This document shows positions 1 to 11,630 of a DNA stretch of 64,000 bases, in pieces. Positions within the stretch are counted from its first letter, which is position 1. Each line of letters starts with the position of its first letter. Where the stretch lies: positions 101,124,409-101,188,408 of the forward strand of contig JAUZTB010000064.1 in assembly GCA_034780895.1 (NCBI GenBank), in the 5' to 3' direction. Both the position numbers and the translations under genes were made by a program. Below the pieces are notes generated by a model, which saw nothing but the letters and a program-made list of their open reading frames with translations, did no database searches and was not told the DNA's origin. Source of the stretch: Rhynchobatus australiae (Eukaryota).

Positions 1-1225
1 GATGCAATCAGTCAGGATGCTTTCAATAGTTTGTAGAGAATTCAGTGACATGCCGAACCTCCTTAACCTTCTAAGAAAGTAATGATGGTAGTGTGCTTTC
101 CTTGTGATTGCATCTAGGTGCTGGGCCCACAATGGGATAAGTTCCAAGTGGTATTTGTACAGCAATTTGTAGCAATGGTGAACAACTAGGGAACATGCCT
201 CCATGGCTTTATTGAGATCAGGGGATTTTCATTGTTGGATTCAACTGGAAGATCATTTAGAAGGTGGATTAGAAATAGATTTTGTCCACACCAAATACAG
301 CCTGTGGACTGAGCTTGGGTACCCAACATCTGCCATGAGGGGGTCCTGTAAATTTGGACCCTCTAGACTATTCTGCCACATCTTCTCCTTCCTCGAAGGA
401 TGGAAGCAGTATTTGATAGCTAATGATAGCCATGGCCTAAAATGACGTTGTTTCCATTGTTGCAAGGAGATTGCATGACTGTGTCCAGAGACTCAAAACT
501 TTGACCATCTAAATAGTGTGACTTTATAAGCTACTACCACAGGTTCTCTTCCCACTCAGGGAGTACAATGTGGGCAAAACAGAGACCTCATAAGGACAAA
601 CACATTTTATAAAGTCACCAAGGAGAAATGGACTAATAAAGTTTTTCTCTTACAAATGGACATTAGGCAGGGCTTTGAAAAAGCAATAAGGTATTAAATA
701 CTCTGGGTGAACTAAACAAGGGTGATTCAGCTTGAATGGGGCAACCGTATAATATGTTCATAGGAGGACAAACATACAGGAGATGAAAAAAATTGATTAA
801 TGAAGAATATGCCCATTATTAGGAATAAATCTGAGTCACTGAGTTCCATACCAATGTCCAACACTTCACATCATCTGCACTTTTTCATTCTCTTCCAATG
901 GGCCTGGTCTTCATCCTTTTGCATGCTCAGCCCACTTTGGAGAGTACTATATATTTAAGTATTCTTTTTAAATAATGTTCACATTCAGCACTAGACTTGT
1001 TTTATGATGTAACCATTTGTAAGCAACCTAAGGGTCATGTTTGTTCCATTACCAATCATGGTAACCAAAGGGGAAAATAGTGGTTGGGAAAATATGATCT
1101 TCGAGATCAGATGCAGATATCTTACACCACTTCCTGGGCTTGAATGTCGACTTTGTAGTCAAAACTGACCACAGTACCCACTCAGTCAAATCAGGGCACA
1201 GGGTAACTTCAGTTCAATGGATTGA

Positions 1226-1450
1226 TGTAGCAGTAGCGGTTAGCACGATGCTATTACAGCGCCAGCGATCGGGGTTCGATTCCCATCCCTGTCTGTAAGG
1301 AGCTTGTACATTCTCCCATGTCTGCGTTGGTTTCCTCCGGGTGCTCCGGTTTCCTCCCACATTCCAAAGATGTACAGGTAGGTTAATATGGCGTTTAAAA
1401 TGGGTGGCGCGGACTCTTGGGCCGGAAGGGCCTGTTCCCACACTGTAAAT
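1226..1450 (+). mobile_element. tRNA-derived V-SINE (HE1-like), CR1-type tail
   Basis: B box ggttcgattcc; V-domain core gtttcctccgggtgctccggtttcctcccaca; 3' gggccggaagggcctgtt similar to CR1 3' ends in this window; AT-rich tail. Confidence 0.85.
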
Positions 1451-2575
1451 AAAATTTAAATTTTAAAAAAATTAAAAATTAGATTGATTGCATGGAAATG
1501 ACCAGAACTGCATTTTTCCTTTGTTTGCGAACAGGATTAACCTTGACGATTTTCTGTACTGTTGGATGGATACCATTATTGCAACTGATCTAATTCAGCT
1601 TGGTTAGAGGCAGAGCTAGCACAGATCTTCAGTACTACTGCACTGGATGTTGTCTGGTTCCCTTGCCTTGCTGTATTCAGAGTTCTCAGTCATTTTTTGA
1701 CGTTGTGCGGAGTGCACTGAACTGGCTGAAGTTTGGCTTGCGAGATGGTGGGGATCTCAGGAGGAAGCTGAGATGGATCTTTCACTGCTCAGAGTCACGT
1801 TTTAAGGAATCCCTTAAAGGAGGAAAGGGAGGCAGAAAGATTTAGTGAGGATATTCCATAGCTGGCACCTTAGTAGTTTAAGTCATAATTTGTAATTGAG
1901 TGATTAAACTTGGGGACATTCAAGGGGCCTTACTTGAAAGCAAGTTAGGCCTTATGTTAAGGCCATAAATTCAAAATTATTTTCAAAAATGCTGAAGTGG
2001 AAGCAGGGGGAATTACTTCACACAAGGGTATGTTGTGGTCTAGAACAGTCTAGCTGTAAAGTTGGTGGAATCAGATCCCACAGCGTCTTTTAAAAGACAA
2101 TTGGGCATGTAATTGATTGAACTAATTTACTGGCATATGGGGTCAAAGCTAGATCATGGGACTAGATTGATTAGCACTTTCAAACACCAGCACAGGTGCT
2201 CAGTTTCAGGTTGATCGTACTGTTTCAACCTGTGCAAAATAAAGATAATTCCAAAGTGTTGGCTGTGTCACTCCTTATCTTTGTTGCAGGTATAACCACC
2301 AAGAAACAGTCTACACAACCTTTCTACAGTCTCTTGTATGGTTTCTGCTGTTACCTTGTGCACCTTTACATAATATACTTAGAAGATAATGACATGATCA
2401 TGTGACATAAGCACCATGTGTTTCTGTGACTTGCTATTGAACTAAAGAAAGTATACACCCTTGGTTTAAAGTTCCTGTGTCCTTTTGTTGTTATTGTGGT
2501 TACAGCCTACCAGTTTTGCAAGCATAGGTACACCACAAAATATATTGCAAATGGCAATAAAGGTATTGTGAAGTA

Positions 2576-2860
2576 CAGGCGAACCCCCATGCTACAACTG
2601 TTCAGGTTACAGAAATTTGTCTTTACTGAATTCACAGATAGCTACCCAAAAATCTGAGATACTGAATAACATTCGCTCTCATAGAATTTGTGTGAAAAAA
2701 AGGAAATAAATCAACACAATTTTTTTTCAACTCACATTTCTTGACAGATGCGTAGATCGCATGGCTTTGCGTAATGGATAAATCCTGATGCGAACTGTTT
2801 ATTAGGGACAGAAACCATCCCCCCCCCGCCCCACCCCACCGTAATACGGGAGTCATTTAC
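2576..2860. mobile_element. Tigger/pogo-like MITE, copy 1
   Basis: Starts TA|CAGG; collinear with 29806-30096 (tgttcaggttacagaaatt, aaataaatcaacacaa). Confidence 0.6.
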
Positions 2861-3855
2861 ACTGATACGGATCAACAACAGAAAAAACGTTGTTGAGCAA
2901 AGAGTTCATTGCAACTCCAAAGTATCATTTGTACATCGTGTTCACTGTGGGACCCCAGGAAGACTCACTGGTGGCAAAGTTAAAACAGCAGAATGGCCTC
3001 CAACATCAAAACTTCGAGAAGCGGGTCTGTAAATGCCTCCACAGTGGTACTGACGGGTCAGTGCAGAGAGAGTGAGGAGAGCAAACAGCTACAATTGCTT
3101 GCAGAAGCACTCGATCTTAAAGAAAGACAACCAGTGCTGGTCCACATCGGGGGAAGTCTCTTTGTGTAAGCTCCAAAGGCACATGAAACTTCAGCACGGC
3201 AACACTATTTTGGTGAGAAGATAAAGACGGGTCAAGCACAATGGGCTAAGCAGTGATTGATCATTTTATCGTACTGAAAGACCTATCAAGGTACCGCAAC
3301 TCTAAGAAAAGTGAGAATTTAGTCGAAGCTTCAGGCACAAAAAGTCTGACATTTGGCTCAGCTTGCAGAACTGGAACTTCCATGGAGATGGTATTCAAGA
3401 ATGCCAGGGGATTCCATTCTTCACCAAACGTTACATTGGTCCACAGTCAAAGGACAAATCCCAAAGCTCTGTTCCTGAAACAGGGACAGCATCATGTGAC
3501 TGCAAATCAGTTTTACAGAAGTACCAGCAGCCATTTGTCATGCAGCTGTTCTTTTAAAGAGTTTGTGCCAGAAGAAAGGCCACATATTGCTAAACATAAA
3601 AAAACCTAATAAGAGTTCTGCTTACATGGAACAGTACAGCACAGGAACATGTCCTCCAGCCTGCGATGTCTGTGCCCAACACAATCCCAAATTAAACTAA
3701 ATCTCTTCTGCCTGTAAATGTAACACCAGCACAGAGAGAATGGATTTCTCCTAAAATGTCTCAACAAGGGAATCTGAATGGTATTACAACTGCTATAAAT
3801 GACAACAAATTGACTTTATTCAAGCAATTATAGTTTGAGTGAACAAGGTTATAAT

Positions 3856-4560
3856 CAGAGGGCTGTAGACTCAGCCAGCTCCATCACGGGCACAACCCTC
3901 CCTGCCGTCGAGGACGTCTTTAAGAGGCAGTGCCTCAAGAAGGCGGCATCCATCACTAAAGACCCTCATCATCCGGGACACACCCTCTTCTCATTACTAC
4001 CATCAGGGAGGAGGTACAGGAGATTGAGGACCCACTCTCAACAATTCAGGAACGGCTNNNNNNNNNNNNNNNNNNNNNNNNNNNNNNNNNNNNNNNNNNN
4101 NNNNNNNNNNNNNNNNNNNNNNNNNNNNNNNNNNNNNNNNNNNNNNNNNNNNNNNNNAGCAATTATAGTTTGAGTGAACAAGGTTATAATCAGAGGGTTG
4201 TAGACTCAGCCAGCTCCATCACGGGCACAACCCTCCCCACCATCATCTTCAAGAGGCAGTGCCTCAAGAAGGCAGCATCCATCATTAACGACCTTCATCA
4301 TCTGGGACATGCCCTCATCTCATTGCTACCATCGGGGAGGAGGTACAGGAGCCTGAAAATCCACACTAAATGATTCAGGAACAGCTTCTTCCCCTCCACC
4401 ATCAGATTTATGTATGGTCCATGAACCCACGTTACTACCTTGTTTCTCCTGTTTCGCACCATTTATTTATTTTTGTAACTTGTATGTCTTGCACTGTACT
4501 GCTGCCGCAAAACAGCAAATTTCACGACATATGTTAGTGATACCAAACCTGATTCTGACT
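3856..4560 (+). mobile_element. Rex1/Babar 3' fragment, present twice around an N gap
   Basis: CLKKAASI..DPHHPGH.LFSLLPSGRRYR in ORFs 3835..4173 and 4170..4373. Confidence 0.85.
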
Positions 4561-7132
4561 GGCAGAAAGTTATTAGAGATGCAGGACAACACAGATGGGA
4601 AGTGTTCTGGTATGGAGAAGGGCACATATGATAACCAGTTTTGTCACCTACCCTTGGTAAAGAGCACATTTTAAAGGTCATTGGGAAGAGGCAATACATG
4701 ATGCACAATGATGATCTGAATCTCAAGTGACCCATAGTTGTGGCAGACTATCCTGAACGTCCAACTCTGTGGGGTAAAGATTGAGTTGTAAATGCAAGTC
4801 AAAGGACATGCTCAGCATTCTCATGGATATACCTTAGTCATTTGCCCAAACATGGTCATGCCTACAAAGGTGCCTTACTTTCTGAAGAGCTAAATAAAAG
4901 AAGGGATTGAGAAATTGGAAAGAAATTGGTTTTGGTCAGTCACTCATAGTGATTGAGCAACTTTAATGGTAGNNNNNNNNNNNNNNNNNNNNNNNNNNNN
5001 NNNNNNNNNNNNNNNNNNNNNNNNNNNNNNNNNNNNNNNNNNNNNNNNNNNNNNNNNNNNNNNNNNNNNNNNNNNNNNNNNNNNNNNNNNNNNNNNNNNN
5101 NNNNNNNNNNNNNNNNNNNNNNNNNNNNNNNNNNNNNNNNNNNNNNNNNNNNNNNNNNNNNNNNNNNNNNNNNNNNNNNNNNNNNNNNNNNNNNNNNNNN
5201 NNNNNNNNNNNNNNNNNNNNNNNNNNNNNNNNNNNNNNNNNNNNNNNNNNNNNNNNNNNNNNNNNNNNNNNNNNNNNNNNNNNNNNNNNNNNNNNNNNNN
5301 NNNNNNNNNNNNNNNNNNNTATTTCACAATCAATTCATTTAAGGTGTCATCCTACACTGAATTCTGCAGAGTCAAATTTACACCACTTCATCATGGCAAA
5401 AAACTTTCAGTCTGAAGGTAAATGCTAATAGATGGAAGCGTGTTAAAGAAAGGTCAATACTATCTTAAAGGGCAAGGATTCTGAGAAAATTGCAGAGCTT
5501 TTCTCCTTTCCAACAATGATTTCCTATTATTCCAGGTTTTTGTCTGATCTGTTGATGGCTCCGACACTGCTGAATCAATTTCTTACAAAGAATGAGAAAT
5601 GGAATTGGTCTGGAGCATAATGGAAACTGTTTGATTAATGTAAGCACAGTTTGACTATGGAATCTCTACTGATTCACTGTCATACAATGGCAACCTGAAC
5701 GCTACTACACGATGCTTCAAGTCATGGTATAAGCACTGTCATAGGCCGTGTTATGAATGATGGGCAGGAACAACCTATAACATTTGCTTTGCATTAGCAA
5801 ACAAAGCTTCCCAGAAATTGGGAAGGAATTAGTTGAAAAATCCCATTAGTTTCTGCAAGGAAGTTTGCAGATACTTGCACAAGAAATCACTAAATACTAT
5901 CTACAGGTTCAAAACTTCTTCAAGGTTGGACTCTTGTTCAATGAGTTTTTACATTTATATAAAGCCACATTTATATAAAGCCACATCCAGAGCGGTGCAT
6001 GTAGTTCTGGGCACTGCAGTTCAGGAAGGGGAAACTGGTCTTGGNNNNNNNNNNNNNNNNNNNNNNNNNNNNNNNNNNNNNGTACCAGGACAAATTAGGG
6101 GAAGACATTGCCTTGCCCATGAATATAAAAGACTGAAGTATTTAAGGAGCTGAAGACATTTAATGAGATGGTGGGAAGGAACTATTTCCTCTGATGGGGA
6201 AGCCCAGAACATGGAAGCATTACTAAAAAATTGGAACTGGGCTGCATTCAGGGATAATGTTAAAAAGCAGTAAAGAGCTGAAACCCCTGCTGTTTCTCCC
6301 CTTGTCATTCACCCCTGTCAAAATAAGAGGGCCAATTGAAAATCTCAAATCTGCGACTGGTGGAATTTTTTGCATGGGTATTGAAAGTTCCAGAACCAGA
6401 GCACATCATCCAGGACCAGACTGAACAATGAGTTTGATGGGCCAGTTGACCCAATCGTACTCCCACGTTCCTGCTTGGAACTGAAACTATTCAGATGGCA
6501 ATTTAGCAATTTCATTGAAGTACTAGAATAGGAATGATTCCAGCACAATTAGAATTCCACTGCAGTGAAATATTTCAGCAGATAATCTGTTTTTTATTAA
6601 ACTCACTTGAAAAGGGGGATGGTGGGGCTCAGTTTAACATATTCCCTGAGACAATATCTCTGATAATCATGCTTAGGTTGTGTATGTGTGCTAAGTCTGT
6701 GCAGTAGACCATGGTCTCCAACCAATTTGGACTTCCCAGCCAGTAGGCCAAGACCTTACCCTGTCAAACCCATGTGGTAGTAATCTTACATTAAAAAAAA
6801 CATCTATGCAGAGGTAGCTTCAACTTCTCAGAAGCGAGTCATCCTCAGACCGAGGAGGAGAAGGAAGAGGACAAGATAGAGAAGGGGAAGACGACAAACA
6901 AAACAATAGGTTTACAAACACCCTCTGTGAGAATGGACCAGCGGGGCAAGTGTCCGCATTAAATTGTTATAACTGAAAGTTGAACTAGTAACAAACCAAG
7001 GACGTTTGAAATGGGGATATGAACTTGGCCGCCTTGACCATTCTAAATGAGTCCATGTTGACTTCTGTCAAAAAGTAAATACTTATTTCCGTGTTTTCAC
7101 TGATGCACAGGCAAAATGGCATAAGATGGATC

Positions 7133-7434
7133 TTTTTTTAATTCCAAAATAAACTTTATTCATAATAAAAGACAAACAATATACAATTATAAAGCAGTGA
7201 AAGCCTTTACATTCTTGTACAGATCATTCATTAGTGTTAAAAACAGCACCGATGCCACACTTGTGGCTCCCTGGGGGCTACCCAGTCCCGTATTTACAAT
7301 GTTTAAGGGGGGTTCTCGCCTGACCCCACCCCTCCCTCTCCTGTGGCAGAAGAACCTTAGACTGTCGTCCTTCCCCACCGAGCCCTTGCGTTGGCTGCAC
7401 CCAGCTTCAGTGCGTCCCTCAGCACGTACTCCTG
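7133..7434 (-). mobile_element. L1/Tx1-type LINE 3' end
   Basis: Poly-T and tttatt (reverse polyA tail/signal); last 44 nt overlap the start of the Tx1 fragment at 12655. Confidence 0.7.
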
Positions 7435-7534
7435 NNNNNNNNNNNNNNNNNNNNNNNNNNNNNNNNNNNNNNNNNNNNNNNNNNNNNNNNNNNNNNNNNN
7501 NNNNNNNNNNNNNNNNNNNNNNNNNNNNNNNNNN

Positions 7535-9235
7535 GCTAAGAACTTGAGACAAATGAGTTGTGATGTCTTGGATTACCAAAGAGGAGGTATCGGTGGCCTT
7601 AAAGCACATTAAGGAGAATAAATCCCCAGGGCCTGATCGAGTGCATTGTCAGACCTTGCGGGAATTGCCGAGGCCCTTGCAGAGATATTTGTGCTTTAGC
7701 CACTGGTGAAGTTCCAAAGGACAGGAGGGTAGCCAATGTTGTACCATTATAGAAAGGCGGCAAAGACAAGCCAGGAAACTACAGGCTGGTGAGCCTGACA
7801 TCAGTGGTGGCTAAGTTACTGGAGGGGACTCTGAGGGACAGGATCCATCAGCATTTGGATCGGCAAGAACTGATTAGCGTTAGTCAGCACAGCTTTGTGT
7901 GTGGCAAATTGTGCCTCATAAATCTGTTATAAGATATCTTTATTAGTCACTTGCACATCAAAACACACAGTGAAATGCTTCTTTTTTGCATAGAATGTTC
8001 TGGGGGCAGCCCGCAAGTGTCGCCACGCTTCTGGTGCCAACACAGCATGCCCACAACTTCCTAACCCANNNNNNNNNNNNNNNNNNNNNNNNNNNNNNNN
8101 NNNNNNNNNNCACCCGGAGGAAATCCACGCAGACACGGGGAGAACGTACCAACTCCTGACAGACAGCGACGGGAACTGAACCTGGGTTGCTGGCGCTGTA
8201 ATAGCATTGCGCTAGAGTTTTTTGAAGAGGTAACAGAGGATTACTGAGGGCAGGGCACTGGACATTGTCTACATGGTCTTTGGCAAGGCCTTTGACAAAG
8301 TCCCACATGGAAGTTTAGATTGTATGGTATCCAGGGAGACCTGGCTAAGTGGATATATAATTGGCTTTATAGTAGGAAGCAAAGGGTGATGGTGGAAGAT
8401 TGCTTTATCGGACTGGAGGCCTGTGATTAGTGTTGTGTCACAGGGATCAGTGCTGGGCCCACTGTTGTTCATCATTTATATAAACGATTTGGATGAGAAT
8501 GTACAAGGCATGGTTGGTAAGTTTGCTGATAACATGAAAGTCGGTGGTATCATAGACAGTGACGAAGGTTATCAGAAATTACAGGGGGATCTTGATCAGT
8601 TAGGTAGGTGGGCCGAGGAATGGCAAATGGCAATTGGAGTTGGTACATTATGTCGCAGTTGTGCAAGACATTGGTGAGGTCGCACCTGGAATATTGTGTA
8701 CAGTTTTGGTCACCCTGTTACCTGTTCTAGGAAACACTTCATTAAACTGGAAAGAGTGAAAAAAAGATTTACAAGAATGTTACCAGGACTTGAGGGCCTG
8801 AGTTATAGGGAGAGGTTGGGCAGGCTAGGACTTTATTCCTCGGAGTGTAGAAGACTGAGGGGGTGACCGCGAGGTGTATAAAACCATGAGGGGAATAGAA
8901 GCAGTGAATGCAAACATGCTTTTTCCAAGGGAAAGGGAATCAAAAACTTGAGGCCGTAGGTTTAAGGTGAGAAGGGAAAGATTTAAAAGAGACCTGAGGG
9001 GCAATTTCTTAATGAAGATGGCAGTGTGTATCTGGAACGAGCTGCCAGAGGAAGTGGTTGAAGCAGGTACAATAACAACATTTAGAAGACCTTTGTACAG
9101 GGACATGGATAGGAAAGGTTTCGAGGGATATCGGCCAAAGCGGGCAAATGAGGCCAGCTTGGATGGGAGTCTTGGCCGGCATGGATGGGTTGGGCTGAAG
9201 GGCCTGTTACCGTGCTGTATTACGCCATGACTCTA
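7535..9235 (+). mobile_element. CR1-clade LINE (HER1-like), 5'-truncated, degenerate ORF2
   Basis: RT motifs QGSVLGPLLFIIYINDLD and KFADN (ORF 8423..8677), WNELPEEVV (ORF 8967..9230), 3' end gggctgaagggcctgtt...atgactcta. Confidence 0.92.
7930..8213 (-). mobile_element. V-SINE (second tail type) nested inside CR1 LINE
   Basis: Reverse-strand V-domain and B-box remnant; interrupts CR1 sequence aatctgtt|agagttttttgaagagg. Confidence 0.85.
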
Positions 9236-9369
9236 GGTCAGACATTGGAGACTTCAGTGGCAGCAGAACTTACCATTGCAGAATGAAGATGGATTGCTAC
9301 AACGCATGGATATTTCATTGTCGTAGACCTTCAGTCCAGTAAGTGTGCCAGTCAACAAGAACCTATTGA

Positions 9370-9620
9370 CACTCATCCCATTTTATTCTCAGCATATTTC
9401 CATTAACGCCCCTCAGATTCTGCATTCACCTATAGAAAATGTGTAATTTAAAGTGGTCAATTGACCTAACAAACTGCACATATTTAGGATCTGGGAGGAA
9501 ACTGGAGTACCCTGAAGAAATCTACAGAGTCACAAGGACGACATGCAAACTCCACACAGACAGCACCCTGGGTCAGAATTGAACCCTGGTCACTGGAACC
9601 AGCTGCACCATTGTGTCTGC
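9370..9620 (-). mobile_element. Older, diverged V-SINE
   Basis: tgggaggaaactggagtaccctgaagaaa...catgcaaactccacacagacagcacc is a reverse-strand V-domain plus B-box remnant. Confidence 0.65.
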
Positions 9621-10704
9621 CAATAGATCACAGAGAGTTTTATGTGACGTAACAACATCTAACATCTATTTATTACTTCCTATCATCCTGCTTCCAATGG
9701 ACACAGCACAGAGTATTGTTTGTGTGTTAAAAACTTTGAAGAAAGAGTTGTTTCAAGGATCTTCTAGTTTCATGATGAATTTTTGATTGGTTGTCTTCTT
9801 CCTTCACCACTGCATGGCACCACAGTCTACTAGTTGTTTTACTCCAACAGAACCAATGCTTCATCATCATCAATGCTCTCAATGGAGTTTGATGCAAACT
9901 AACCAGGAGGGGAAGTATTGGGGCAAAAAAACTATGATTCAAGGTAAAAAATAGCAATTTCTACTGGATGAAAGAGTGGGGGCCACTAGAGCAGTTAGCA
10001 AGTATGAAAAGCACTGCAATGGGACCTCAGTAAGGTAGTGCAAGTCTGTTGCTCACACAAGTATTTGGTGCATATCAGGCACAAAATTAGAATTGTCCAT
10101 GTTGATCAGGGAATCACAACAAGAGATATATTTGAAGTTACTGAAGTGATGTGTCATGAAGAATCTATTCCTGACATTGGCTGCTATTGAAGAGTCATGG
10201 AACATCAATGAGTTCTGCAAAGAGGACTGCATAGTTTTTGTTCAAAGAACAAATACAATGTCAGGGCCAAGTACAGGGCTAAGAACAAATAAATTGAGGG
10301 AGCCAGTCAACAAAGGGAATCCATAATGACCGTGTATATGTGTGAAGAATATTCACACACTTCTATTCAAAGAGGGTAGTGTGGTATGTTTATGTGTCAT
10401 ATGACAAAAAGTCCTGTGACTTAGAACATAATGATATCACCATGTGTGTATAACATATACTCACATCTTGGTGTGCCTCACTGTTAGGTCTGAATAAAGT
10501 GCATACCTTTGTTTTGAAGCTTCTGTGTCTGTAATTAAAGCTAACCAGCTCAGCTCTATTCAGGTTAGAGCCTATCAGCACAGTCCAAGATCCACTCAAG
10601 AACATTGCTCCAAAACACTGCAGTATTTTCTCTCTGCCACCAGCCCTTGCAACACTGCGAAACGGTCCATTACTCAACCGTGCCTTGGTTAGCAATCTTC
10701 CCTT

Positions 10705-10905
10705 TCCCTATAGAGTGAGAGCCATACAGCACTGATACAGGCCTTTTGCTCCATGTTGACCACAGTGCCCACACAGCTAGTCCCAATTTCCTGCATTCGG
10801 CCCGTATTCCTCTGAGCCCCACCCCTCCATGTAATTATTCAAGTGCTTCTTAAATTATGCTATTATACCTGCCTCAACCACTTCCTCTGGCACATGGTTC
10901 CATAT
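10705..10905 (-). mobile_element. CR1 3'-end fragment
   Basis: Reverse complement of the CR1 3' end (cctgcctcaaccacttcctctggca; tacagcactgatacaggcctttt). Confidence 0.75.
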
Positions 10906-11154
10906 ACAAATTATTTTTAAGTCGCATGACTTATCTACATAGTTTTGTAACTGCAATGAATGACATATCTGTAAAATTCTAAAAACAAAGAAATAAATGC
11001 CAGTTGTCTGCACTTGAAATTGCACGAACACCAGAAGCTGTGAGCTGGGACAAAAAGGGAGCAGTTGTTATTACCGTCCGCCGCCGCCAGAGGGAGCGCT
11101 GGGCGCCGCAGCGCCCTGAAGACCCTGGTGGCGGGAGGAGGAACAGCGGGAGGC

Positions 11155-11295
11155 GGAGCCTGTTGCTGCAACGCCCCCTGCTATCAGGAGGAGGAGGAGG
11201 AGGAGGAGTCGGAGCCGGTTGCTGCAGCGCCCCGTGCGGCCGGGAGGAGGAGCCGGTTGCTGCAGCGCCCCGTGCGGCCAGGAGGAGGAGGAGGA
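11155..11295 (+). repeat. Compound tandem repeat: 3 x ~31-bp unit alternating with (GGA)n
   Basis: ggagccggttgctgcagcgccccgtgcggcc at 11211-11241 and 11249-11279, a diverged copy at 11155-11185, each followed by a GGA run. Confidence 0.9.
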
Positions 11296-11559
11296 GGCGG
11301 CGTAGCCGGGGCGGGGTTACCTATGGAGACGGCGACGTGACCCGGGCCTGCCGGAAGAAGCTGTGCGAGCCGGTGATGGGCAGCTGCGTGCCGGAGTGCT
11401 GGGGTCTGCGCTGCTGTAGCAGCTGTCTGGCTGCCTGTGGTGCTGACTTTATTTAATGCCCCGCTGTTGTAATCCCCGGGCGGATGGGCTTGTCCTATGG
11501 ACCCGGGTTTGCTCTTCTCTTTAGCCCAGTGTCTTGTCGGTGACCGAAGACTATGTGCC

Positions 11560-11630
11560 ATGGGGAACTGCTGGGCTCGGTGCATGAGGTTGTTCAGGAA
11601 GGAGGCCAACAGGATCCAGCGGGGTGGAGG
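11560..11630 (+). CDS. AP1AR: AP-1 complex-associated regulatory protein (gadkin), coding exon 1
   Basis: gccATGG Kozak context; encodes MGNCWARCMRLFRKEANRIQRGG(G), resembling the vertebrate gadkin N-terminus (human MGNCCWTQCFGLLRKEAGRLQR); donor GG|gtgagt at 11631, phase 2. Confidence 0.93.

Larger units (their letters stand above)
2340..10582 (+). mobile_element. Decayed Ty3/Gypsy LTR retrotransposon with nested insertions
   Basis: Matching LTR segments (2377-2481 vs 10419-10529); gag Zn-knuckle remnant ~3510-3595; protease-end PIVVADYPERPTLWGKD ~4730-4780; RNase H DASSHGISTVIGRVMNDGQEQPITFA 5711-5788; integrase YHPASNG 9681-9701 and RIVHVDQ ~10090-10108; purine tract aaagagggtag then TG at 10380. 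Confidence 0.8.

Noticed and set aside
3253-3609. 118-aa ORF as a possible novel gene
   Set aside because: Lies within the decayed Gypsy gag region; no splice or start context for an independent gene
5951-5986. Short tandem duplications (acatttatataaagcc x2; also ~41072-41094 and ~50917-50954)
   Set aside because: Ordinary slippage duplications with no sign of function
11155-11295. CRISPR-like repeat-spacer appearance
   Set aside because: Vertebrate DNA, spacers are only GGA runs of unequal length, and there are no cas genes
10935-11609. Overlapping ORFs on both strands with poly-G/E/R/P runs
   Set aside because: Expected by-product of stop-poor CpG island and GGA repeats; the real CDS starts at 11560
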